From assembly GCF_006345805.1 (NCBI RefSeq), contig NC_042997.1, positions 23,312,001-23,376,000 on the forward strand: a stretch of 64,000 nt of DNA, in the 5' to 3' direction. This DNA comes from Octopus sinensis. Taxonomy: Eukaryota. The translations under genes were made by a program, and so were the position numbers. The first letter of the stretch is position 1; each line of letters starts with the position of its first letter. This document shows positions 25,658-36,249 of this stretch, one piece after another. Below the pieces are notes generated by a model, which was not told where the DNA came from, ran no database searches, and saw only the letters and a list, made by a program, of their open reading frames with translations.

Positions 25658-25922
25658 TTTGCTCAATAAAAAGACGTAACTTGGTTAGTTCTTCAGTTTC
25701 ATAAACACCAGGACTCCAAGCGATGGTCTTAAATCTTAGGGCTTGACGAAAGTTTTCTACTATTTGTGGATTTGTTCCAACATCAATCTTCGAATGTTCC
25801 GCTGTTTTCTGACAGGGAATAACAATGTCAGTTCTTACAGTGAAGGTAAAAGTACGAATTAAAACGACAATACTAACGGCTATCACAGTACTACACACGG
25901 AGATCACAATTTGTTTCAGCAT
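25658..25922 (-). CDS. PM20D1: PM20D1-like paralog A, coding exon 1 (265 nt; N-terminal hydrophobic signal/anchor)
   Basis: ATG at 25922 gives MLKQIVISVCSTVIAVSIVVLIRTFTF...FRQALRFKTIAWSPGVYETEELTKLRLFIEQ, matching the PM20D1/Cps1 N-terminus. GT donor at 25657-25656, phase 1. Confidence 0.9.
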
Positions 25923-26837
25923 GTTTGTAGCAAAGCGAAAGCAGCCAGGCTAAAGCAAAATAATGTTATGCAATTGATTTACTTTTTATATTTATATATG
26001 CATTTTTTTTTTCCTAACCCATGTTTGAGGACATGGTTGGTTGGTTGGTTAATTGTGAGGCCTGATAATATTACAAAGCAATTTTGGCATCTACTCAGTG
26101 AGTTTCAAAAACAAGTATAATACCTATCTGTGATTAAAGGTGGAATTAAAAATAGAAATATATGTAAAAACCTTTTTCAAAACATCCTGCTGAGATTTTT
26201 GTATTTTTTTAATTCTTGTCCTGCAGGAGAATGGTGGGAGCCAAGAATTGATAGATAAATATTCACACATGTTGCTACATTGTATTGAGTTACAACACTT
26301 ACCCCATCAGATTCATTAAGATTTCATTTGTAACATTAATCACAAAAACCTTTTGATAATTTCCTGCGCGTATATCGTTCCACTACCGAAATATTTAACC
26401 CCCTTCTTACCTATTCTCTTATTTTAGAGGACCTTCCCATTTAGGGACAGTGTTGTGTTACTTATTGTTTTATTTGTGTGTTGCAAAAATATACTTTGTT
26501 TTGAAACGAGGGGATATTTTCAGTCCTTGGAAATTTTTGGCTCAACAAACCTCGCAATATCTGTTATCTCGTTTAATGCATTTTCGAAATGAAAAACAAC
26601 ACGTCCGATTCATTTGCTTGTGTAAAATCACCGCGTATTTCTAAATACCTATCTTTCACTAAAGGCGTTCCAACTGTGGCTATCCCATCATTTAGCAGCG
26701 TTCCAAGTGACTATTTCATCTTTTCTTAAAGCGTTCCAGCTGAGACCATCTCGTCTTTTTTAATCTAAAAAATTGTATCACGTCAAACACAACCTACTCT
26801 TTTTTAAAGGTCACACTGGATAGCGAAGTCTGAGGCG

Positions 26838-27090
26838 GGGCCGGCCCTCGGCTTGCTGGCGCCCCGGGCAAGCTGAACTTCAGCGCATTTACTCTTTTAG
26901 TTGTTTCAGTCATTTTACTGCGGCCATGCTGGAGCACTGCCTTTAATCGAGCAACTCGATCCCGAGACTTATTCTTTTGTAAGCCCAGTACTTATTCTAT
27001 CGGTCTCTTTTGCCGAACCGCTAAGTAACGGGGACATAAACACACCAGCATCGGTTGTCAAGCAATGCTAGGGGGTCAAACACAGAAACA

Positions 27091-27159
<69 letters not shown>

Positions 27160-27412
27160 GACGGGCTTCTATCAGTTTCCGTCTACCAAATCCACTCACA
27201 AGGCTTTGGTCGGCCCGAGGCTATAGTAGAAGACACTTGCGCAAGGTGCCACGCAGTGGGACTGAACCTGAAACCATGTGGTTGGTAAACAAGCTACTCC
27301 TGCGCCTAGTATAATTTTTTTTTTTAACTTTCACAAGGAGAAAAACTGAAAATGTAGACTAAAAAAGCACATGGTACCCCGGGCGACTGCCCGAGTTGCC
27401 GATACCTGGGGA
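26838..27412. mobile_element. hAT-type MITE remnant interrupted by a SINE
   Basis: GGGGCCGGCCCT..GGCGCCCCGGGCAAG left end; CCCCGGGCGACTGCCCGAGTTGCC right end. Confidence 0.5.
26888..27306 (-). mobile_element. tRNA-derived SINE (same family)
   Basis: Full-length match to 20386-20759. Confidence 0.9.
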
Positions 27413-27689
27413 TACATTTAATGAAGAATAAAATGGCATATTCGAACTGGATCAGAACTAATCTCAGGCTAAATAATAACAGTAACACCTCGCAATAGAT
27501 AATTGTTAGCAAATGCATTAGTTACTAAATCTGTTAGTAACAAAGATAGGTCTTCCCCTGGAGTCTGTTGAGTTGGTTTTTCTTTTTTTGTCTTTTCTTT
27601 TTAGACACTTAGGAAGCCAGCTGATGTCAATCATCAAAATAATAATTTCGCTGCTATTTCTAGCAGGTTCAAATGACGATGTAGCGCAG

Positions 27690-27762
27690 AGGTCAATGTT
27701 CTAAACTCCGAATGAGGGTCAATGTTCTAAACTCCGCATGAGGGTCAATGTTCTAAACTCTG
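27690..27762. repeat. 26-bp minisatellite, about 2.8 copies, at the PLE 3' flank
   Basis: (A)GGGTCAATGTTCTAAACTCCGAATG units. Confidence 0.85.
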
Positions 27763-27779
27763 CTCGACCTGTTATAGAA

Positions 27780-29727
27780 AATTTAACGGGAAGCTTTATG
27801 AAAATAAACAAAAGACGAAGGCAGGTGGAATACAAACAAACAATTGTATTAGTATGGCGCTCAGGAATATAAATAAAACAAGTCTTTTACGTTTCGAGCC
27901 TACGCTCTTCAACGGAAAGATACACAGAAAAGAAACACAGAAAGAAACAAGGAGAGAAAAAAAATGCGCGCAGAGGCTAGCGAATCAACATGGCGATCTG
28001 ATTTCGGCCAGAAGTCAAAGATCAAACGTGAGACGCAAGAGCGAAATTAGGAGAGATAACAGGGTCAAATGACCTCGCCCCAACATAAGAGTGTGTGTGT
28101 GTGTGTGTGTATGAGAGAGTATGTAGTGCGTATGAGAGGTCTGGACGTGTGTATGTATATATGATGTGATGTGTAAAGTCGTATGGTGTAGTGTAGAGAG
28201 AGGAGATGAGGGGGAGAGGGGAGGAGGAGGGGTGATGTGTAAAGTTGCATGGTGTAGTGTAGAGAGAGGAGAGGGGGTTAGATGAGGAGGGGGGAGAGTT
28301 GAGACCAAATGGCGTAAAAGAGCGAAGAGAGAAGATTAATTCCTGTTCACGGCGCAAACAGGAATCCGGATGGCCTCTGTGCAAGGACAAACCAAACACA
28401 GACAGGTGTTGCAAGGAGTGACCGGTGGAGCGGAAATGGCGTGAGACCGGTGTGTCGTTGGCAAGGCGGATGTCACGGAGGTGTTCCGCGAACCGGTCAG
28501 CCAAGCGGCGTCCCGTTTGTCCGATGTACAGGGAATGGCAGAGAGAGCAAGAGACACAATAGATGATATTGCTGGAGGTGCAGGTGAAGGAGTTGATGAT
28601 GCGATAGGGTCGATGATGGGTGCCAGTGAGGAGGGTGGTGTTGGAGAGGTAAGGGCAAGTGTGGCAACGTGGGCGGGAGCAGGGAACGAGCCAGGTTGGG
28701 AGGTAGGGTCAGGGAAGGAGCTATGGACCAAAAGGTCTCATAGGTTATGGGCTCGTTTGAAGGAGGGGAGGGGTAGGTTAGGGAAAAGGTGTGAAGTGGA
28801 CGGGTCGGACTGGAGATGCCGGAAAGCTCGAAGAATGGTGCGTTGGAGAGGTAGGGTCGTGGGGTGGTAAGTGAGGGGAAAAGGGAGGCGGGAGACTACA
28901 GGGCGGGTTCGGGAAGAGAGAGCAGATGCACGGTCTACGGAACGTGCTCTGGTAAGGGCGGTGTGGATAGTGGTGAGGGGGTATCCACGTAGGATGAAGT
29001 GGTGAGCCATACGTTGAGACTGAGTCTCAAAGTCATGGTCATCACTACAGAGCCTACGTAGACGGAGGAATTGGGAATAGAGGATGGAAAGCTTGGTGTG
29101 TTTTGGGTGGGAGGAAGAGAAGTTGAGGTATGAATGTGAGTCTGTGTGTTTGTAGTGAATGGAGGTGGTAAGAGTGGAGTGATGAATGCTAACCAAAATG
29201 TCGAGGAAGGAGACAGAGGTGTTGGAGATAGTGGAGGTGAAGTGGAGGGCTGGATGGAAGGATTGAACGAAAGAGAGGAAGGAATCTAGATGTTCACGGG
29301 AGAGTGAGGTGGCACCGATAATGTCGTCAATGTAACGACCGTATAGGTCAGGAGTGGGACCAGTGAAATTAGAGAATATTTGGGCCTCAACATAGCCAAC
29401 AAACAGGTTCGCATAGTTGGGGCCCATTCGCGTTCCCATGGCCACTCCCGAGACTTGTTGGTAGAACTCGCCCGTGAACGAGAAGCAGTTGAGAGTAAGG
29501 ACAAGTTCGGCCAGACAAATGAGTGTGGAGGTGTCAGGTTCAGGGTTGGGGCGGAGTTCGAGAAAGTGTTGAAGTGCCCGCAGTCCTTCGTGGTGAGGGA
29601 TAACGGTATAGAGGCTATAGATGTCCATAGTAAAAAGGATTTTGGAGGAGCCGGGAGGAAAGGTGAAAGAGTTGAAAAGCCAGAGAGCATGGTTGGTATC
29701 ATGGATGTGGGAGGGAAGAGACGCCAC
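27780..29727 (-). mobile_element. Penelope-like element, 5'-truncated (RT + GIY-YIG endonuclease + 3' pLTR region)
   Basis: RT: ILFTMDIYSLYT, GVAMG, YGRYIDD, FLD, YLNFSSSHP. Then TGA at 28738-28740 and a -1 frameshift, followed by FTCTSSNIIYCVSCSLCHSLYIGQTGRRLADRFAEHLRDI (GIY-YIG). Confidence 0.93.
27883..27920 (-). ncRNA. Minimal type-I hammerhead-like motif with variant core, in the PLE 3' region
   Basis: Minus strand reads TCTTT-CCGTTGA-A-GAGC-GTAG-GCTC-GAA-ACGT-A-AAAGA: paired stem I, paired stem II, palindromic ACGT stem III. Core is CCGUUGA rather than CUGANGA. Confidence 0.65.
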
Positions 29728-29729
29728 TT

Positions 29730-29880
29730 TTTCTTCTACGGAAGAAAGAGCAAGCCTTCTTCTATCATACTCTCAATTTTGGTCAATTTGCACCGCAGGG
29801 TCTCGGAGGAGATAGTGATAGTTGAAGGCTACCGAACCTGCCATACACAGACAACTTCAGCTTTATATATACAGATATAT
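29730..29880 (-). mobile_element. 5' fragment of the 58164-type Helitron, abutting the PLE
   Basis: Reverse complement of 58170-58310. Confidence 0.75.
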
Positions 29881-30418
29881 AAATGATCATCCATGTTAAA
29901 GTTAGTTTAGTCGTGATACCTCATTCGCCACTTAGGTGGGCGCTAGGCAATTTTAAAAGGAGTGCTACAAATCCAAAAGAAGGGGTGAAGAACCATTGGT
30001 GTGAAGCAGTGGTTCTCAACCGGAGTTCATATCAGATTTTGTAAAAATTTACGAGGAATAAATTGTTTATACTTCAACAATACACCAAATATTTTCATCT
30101 TTTTAATACAATTCCCAGGAATATTTAATTATAGAAATGTAATAGGATTTTATTAACGTCTAATGGCCGAGAGGATTCACCCGAGTAAAATAGGAATCAA
30201 AGGAGTCCATAGGTAAAAAAAAATGGATGGGGGATTGAAAAACACTGCTGTCGAAAATTCTTTGTTGGCTGGGATGAAATCAATCATTGATGTTATTTAG
30301 CCCCAGGTTAGCGCGATCCTGTAGATCTATCTATGATCAAAGGCCTCCATCCATGACTATTCCATCTTTTATTTTTCAGGCAATCGTATTATGTTGAAAA
30401 TATATCTTTTACTCCTTA

Positions 30419-31222
30419 GGGATCTTTTCCTTTTGAACGGCACATGTCAACACAATTTCTAGTTAACTAAACACTTTAAAACTTCATATACTGGTAGAAT
30501 GTGTCAAAATAAAACATGTTTTTCCTCTTGGCTTTCTTGATAAAATTGTAATTCGTTTGTTTAACGTAGTTTAATTTTTCGAACTTTAACCAATCAATTG
30601 CCTCTAATTGGGCTAAAATCATTTGCTGCGTCTAAAACTGAGACAACATCCTGTCAATAACCCTAACCCTCACCCTAACCCTAAATTTTAGCCTTTCGGG
30701 TTTTTTTTTTCTTCATTGTTAAATTAATTTAAGGATAACAATTAAGAAAAAAAAACGAAAGCAATAGAAAATAATTTAAACAATTAACAAACAAAATAAT
30801 TCTATTATTTTATACACACGCTTTCCGTACGTATACATAACGAAAAGCTAAAACCAAAGCAAAAACTCAAAACAAAAACAAAACGAATAATTTTAGACAC
30901 ACGCGTAACAATTAAATTAATTTAACAATTAAGGAAAAAAAATCGAAAGGCTAAAATTTAGGGTGAGGGTGAGGGTTAGGGTTAGTGACAGGATGTTGTC
31001 TCTGTTTTAGACGCAGCAAATGATTTTAGCTCACTAGAGGCGATTCATTGGTTAAAATTCAAAAAATCAAACTACGTTAAACAAACAAATTACAATTTTC
31101 TCAAGAAAGCCAAGAGAAAAAAATGTTTTATTTTGACACATTCTACCGGTATACGAAGTTTTAAAGTGTTTAGTTAACTAGAAATTGTGTTGACATGTAC
31201 CGTTCAAAAGAAAAAAGATCCC
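30419..31222. mobile_element. Foldback/MITE with about 310-bp inverted arms containing (CCCTAA)-like repeats
   Basis: 30419-30735 is the near reverse complement of 30915-31222. Termini GGGATC/GATCCC as in the 4030 element. Confidence 0.88.
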
Positions 31223-31470
31223 CAATTAAGGTTAATTTAGCAAACTAATTATCAAAAGCATTCTATCTTTTGTTTTTCAGACATCGTGTATCTCAGACTA
31301 CCATTATCTAATGCATCCTTTTAAAAGGGGTCAGAAATGGTAGGATGTGACATGAGGAGATTTTAACTTAAAAAAGACGTGATGGTCATATTCGGAACTC
31401 GAAAGTTCACAATTGAGATTCTTAAAAGAAATGCGTGGTCGCAATTGGAATGTGGTTACAAAAAGCAGTA

Positions 31471-31967
31471 AATTTCTATATTAACACCCACACGATTTTC
31501 ACCAAGGAAAAAAAAAACTCAGATATTTTGCTTGGAATCAAGTACCTTGACCTCCTAATATGCTGCAAATCCATTATTTTGGTTCGGAAAAAAGGGGAGT
31601 GAGCCCCTCCCTGAATCATTGGAAATTTTTTTTTCAATGAATGAATTCCTGTGACCTCCTAATATGCTACAAAACCCTTTTTGGAGTCCAAAAAATGGGA
31701 TGGGATGGGGTGGAAGCCTCGGTAATTTCTCCCCCGACCCCCATTGATCTTTTCACCCCACCCCATTTTTTGGACCCCAAAAAGGGTTTTGTAGCATATT
31801 AGGAGGTCACAGGAATTCATTCAACGAAAAAAAATTCCAATGATTCCGAACGAAAATAAGGGATTTGCAGCATATTAGAAGGTCAGGGTACTTGATTCCA
31901 CGCAAAAAATCCAAGTTATTTTTTTCTTTTCCTTAGTGAAAATCGGGAGGGCGTTAATATAGAATTT
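31471..31967. mobile_element. Nested-palindrome MITE
   Basis: AATTTCTATATTAACACCC...GGGCGTTAATATAGAATTT termini flanked by TA. GACCTCCTAATATGCT occurs twice per arm. Confidence 0.85.
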
Positions 31968-32464
31968 TATCAAAAGAGCTAGAAGCTCACAAAAGCAATG
32001 CTTTAAGCTAGGTAGACTGTCATAGTTGAATAGCTTTTAAAAAGCAGGGAGGTCATGGCTGGAAAACTTGAAACACGAGATGGTTGAAATGCCTTAAAGA
32101 AAGTCGAACAATCACATACATATGGCTCAGATGTGCTGCTTTTCATTTAGAAATTTCTCGCTTCAGACTTTAAATGGCAGTTTGTCACTTATACTTTGAT
32201 CATTCTCTATTGATATAAATAACAGTTGAGGGCAAAGGTAGTGTCATTGTATTTTATATTGTTCATTATCTTATATAACTTTGGTAATATTTAATCAGCT
32301 TATCAAGTATATTTTTTTTAATTTCAAAATTAAAATTCTGTTACTTGCTTCTGTTGTTTAATAAACACATTAGCTTTATGAGTGAAACATGACCTTAATT
32401 TTGGAGTATTTATTCCATCATTGATTTAGGATACACCCCCATTAAAAAAAAAAAAGAAAAAGAA

Positions 32465-32865
32465 AGGAGTGGCTGTTTGGTAAGTAGCTTGCTAACCAAC
32501 CACATGGTTCTGGGTTCAGTCCCACTGCGTGGCATCTTGGGCACGTGTCTTCTGCTATAGCCCCGGGCCGACCAATGCCTTGTGAGTGGATTTGGTAGAC
32601 GGAAACTGAAAGAAGCCTGTCGTATATATGTATATATATATAAGTGTGTGTGAATATGTTTGTGTGTCTGTGTTTGTTCCCCTAGCATTGCTTGACAACC
32701 AATGCTGGTGTGTTTACGTCCCCGTAACTTAGCGGTTCGGCAAAAGAGACCGATAGAATAAGTACTGGGCTTACAAAGAATAAGTCCCAGGGTCGATTTG
32801 CTCGACTAAAGGCGGTGCTCCAGCATGGCCGCAGTCAAATGACTGAAACAAGTAAAAAGAGTAAA
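32465..32865 (+). mobile_element. tRNA-derived SINE (same family)
   Basis: Full-length, opposite orientation. Confidence 0.9.
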
Positions 32866-33262
32866 AAAAAAAAAAGAGTGATTGTTTATAGTAACTTATT
32901 CCACGAAATGGCTTGTTAATCATTAGCACCCACTACACTCTGAGAGTGGTTGGCGTTAGGAAGCTGTAGAAACACTGCCAAATCAGATTGGAGCCTGGTG
33001 CTGCCTCCTGGCTTCCTAAACCCCCATTCAAACCGTCCAACCCCTGCCAGCATAGAAAACGGACGTTAAACAATAATGATGGTGATGAGGATGATGTGGG
33101 GTATTTGTGTGTGTGCGTGCATATGTTTGTGGGCACACGTGTAATATATCAAATACCAAACAACATAAATACCTCATTTATCAAAATTATCACCATTTCA
33201 ATAGAATGTGTCAAATGAGAAGAGGAAATAGACTTAGTGGAACACAAAGGAAATAGAGCATA

Positions 33263-34327
33263 CTAGCAGTATCTAGCATACTAGATTATGTTAGGATTAT
33301 TAAGCTAATCAAGTGCTTTGTTTCAAACCAAACTAAGACAATTTGATTGGGAAATCCCATAAGGAATCAGTTTATTGATTTTTCCACTTATCGATTGTTT
33401 TTGTTTTTTTTTTCTTGTTTTGGAGAACTTAAAGCATTCAAAGATCCCATGAGTCCTAAGAAACGCCAGCATCAAGTTTGAACAAAATATGTCAAAATTG
33501 GTAAAAGTTATGGTTGAAAATGGGGTGTAGCCAATTTTATTGGGAAATCCTATAAGAAATCAGTTTATCGATTTTTCATCCTGATTGAATGGAAAACCCC
33601 ATAAGGAATTAGTTTATTGATTTTTCACCCCAAATAGGACTTAACCAAACACAACATTACTGATTCAAAAAATCTATATTTATACTTTAAAATTGGTTTT
33701 CATACCCAACCCAGTACTGCAGAATCAGTGTCGTGACAAGAGCACATGGGTTGGGAGTTTGACTAGCAGAGGTTATCAGGTTGCACATGCCAGCCCTTTG
33801 AAAACGCCACTCCCATCATCTAACCCCCTTTGCCCATGGGTTAGGAAACCTTACAGCAAGGAAAATAGAATGCCCAAAAGGGCTCCCGATCCTCTGTGTC
33901 AGAAGCGGTTATGTTCAGATCACAACTAAGTCTTAAGTATACACACACACACACACAAACACACATGTCCGTACACCTATTGCATACATGTTCGTGTGTG
34001 TGTGTGTGTGTTGCCCGTATATGGACAAAACACTTAACAAAAGTCTTAACAAAAACTTATTCGTTGCTAGAAGGAGACTTAACTCCTGTTGCAAACAATG
34101 GTGGAGTTCTCCAAGTTGAAAATTGTTAAACGTTTTGGTTGAAAATTTATTTTTACCGCTATTCACTGGTGCCTCTGGGAAAATAAGTTGACGAAAATAT
34201 AGCTAGGGTCGTGATGAATGTCCTCATAAAATTGGAGCAACATGCGTGCTAATTTGTGGACATGCATAAATTACATTCACGTACACACACACATACACAC
34301 ATCCTGCCTTTTCTATATATATACAGA
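33263..34327 (-). mobile_element. Non-autonomous Helitron (family shared with 56047-57327)
   Basis: A|TCTGTATATATAG..GGCAGGATGTG 5' end and ..GATACTGCTAG|T 3' end. Confidence 0.8.
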
Positions 34328-35281
34328 TTATACAAAAGTATAATTCAGCTATAGTTATATCAGTTATAACTACATCACATAAATTCTCTTCCCTTTTGGT
34401 GCCCTTTGGTCTTATTCTTCTACCTCTCTCCCTTTAACAATTTAAATCTCTTCCACTACTATATGAACTGGCTTTTCCAGTTCATTTGTTGTGTTCAATG
34501 AATGTATAATTGTTTAGGAAAATAGAAGGCTAATTTGGGAAAATAGCTGTAGTAAGTGGATAACTACCTTTTCTTTTCTCACTTACCTTATCTATCATCA
34601 ATAGCAGCAAAGCTTTCAACTCCAATCCTGGGTCCCCCTTATATAAAAAGTACACACAACTTAAAAAACAAACAAAATTTATGAGATGGTCTTGCTACTA
34701 CCACACACTTAATCATTGTAGAATACATCTAAAAGACAACTATTTGACTAATTAACAATGATTAACTCACCAAGATCCTACAACCAGGAGCTGATTTATG
34801 CACACTTTTCTTTCTTTGCCTCTTCTATCACCAGTTTAACAGCTTCTGCTTTCCTGAAATAATTCACTGCATACTCTGCCCACCTTTCTCTCTTCCTCCT
34901 TTACTGTGTTTCAAATCTTGAACTCTGTACTAAACACTGAACACTAGTCTTTCCTCTAGAAATGTAATCATCTGGACTCTCCCTACACTCTCAACACACA
35001 TTTTTCCATACAGACACTGATGTACAGATCTTCAAACTGAACATTAACCATATCAATCTTGCTAGCCCTCCGCCCTTGATTAGTTTCCAAACCAAGATAT
35101 TACATTAACTTACAGTAAAATTATATGTCTATAGGAAATTTAACTCTGTGGAAAGATAGAACATATATAAGTGAAAATATTGATGATGATGAAGATAGAA
35201 AGAAAAAAAGCATAAGGTTAAAAATATAATAAAAAAGACAAGTAAAAAAGACAACATTATTATTTCAGAAAATCTGTGTTG

Positions 35282-35287
35282 TTTATT
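35282..35287 (-). terminator. Candidate polyadenylation signal AATAAA for paralog B
   Basis: TTTATT on + about 32 nt downstream of the stop codon. The region is AT-rich, so a chance match is possible. Confidence 0.4.
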
Positions 35288-35318
35288 AAAAAGAAATGCT
35301 TCAAAAATAAATGTTTTG

Positions 35319-35545
35319 TTATAATTCAGCATGTTTGTTAATAAAATTCATTTTATCACGATCTGAATTCAAAATTACATGATGATAAAAATTGACAACT
35401 TTTTCATAATTCCTTACTGATATCTTTTCATTATCTCCATGAACCATATTTGCAGTCTCTGGAGTTAAAACTGCAGGGATGAATCGATAGATACTTTTTG
35501 TCAAATGTTTATAGTGGTGAGTATCTGTGTTGCCGATTGTCACTC
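35319..35545 (-). CDS. PM20D1: PM20D1-like paralog B, terminal coding exon (227 nt incl. TAA)
   Basis: CTTTCTTTTAG acceptor. Encodes (G)VTIGNTDTHHYKHLTKSIYRFIPAVLTPETANMVHGDNEKISVRNYEKVVNFYHHVILNSDRDKMNFINKHAEL* (HG.NE ligand motif). Confidence 0.95.
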
Positions 35546-36249
35546 CTAAAAGAAAGAGGTTGACGTTAGAAGAAATAAAAAATATGATTTTTTTAGATGG
35601 AATACAATATAAAGAATGTGCTTTAATCAACTAAATTCATTCAAATGTCTTATTTACCTATGTTCCAGTGTAATTAAATTGAGTCAATTGTTTGATATTT
35701 TGACAATTGCACATATCCATTAATTGAGAGCATAGCAGTCAATCATATCAACCTACAACTTGGCTGATATTTATTCTATTGGTACCAGAAAGATGAAAGG
35801 GAAAAAAGAGTTTGGTAAGGATTTTAATGTAGATTGTAAAAAGCATTTTCTTGAATGTTCTAACAACTCTACTGATCCATTACCATTTTAGAAATTCACA
35901 GTAATTGAATGCAAGACAAACCTGAGCCAAACTTTGGATAGAATAGAACATCCTGTTCAACTTTCTGATGGATCCAATATTAATTCATAATATAAGATCC
36001 AAGCCTTTGAAAACAATAGTTAAAGGCAGAAATTCACCATCATGAACAAGGAACAAAAAACTAATGGGTATTCTTTGTAGTTGGTCACCACCTTTGCAGG
36101 AAAGTAAGAAAGATTTTTGATTGCTGTAAATGTTGTATGATTGTTGATCAGGGACATGTTGCTTTTTTTGTTGTTGTTTTTATAAATGGTTAGATGAGAA
36201 GGACAAGGGCAACACTAATGGCCTTTTCCAAGGCCTCTAGGACAGCTGG

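Noticed and set aside
27690-27762. 26-bp repeats (and the 383-bp array) as a CRISPR-like array
   Set aside because: No unique spacers; eukaryotic context; simple head-to-tail repeats.
28738-28740. In-frame TGA in the PLE (and at 42825 in the RTE) as programmed readthrough or selenocysteine
   Set aside because: Better explained as CGA->TGA deamination. Each element also has frameshifts, and no SECIS was recognised.
28336-29886. Overlapping ORFs 28481-28870(+), 29380-29886(+), 29286-29702(-)
   Set aside because: Shadow frames of the GC-rich PLE RT/endonuclease; no recognisable protein features.
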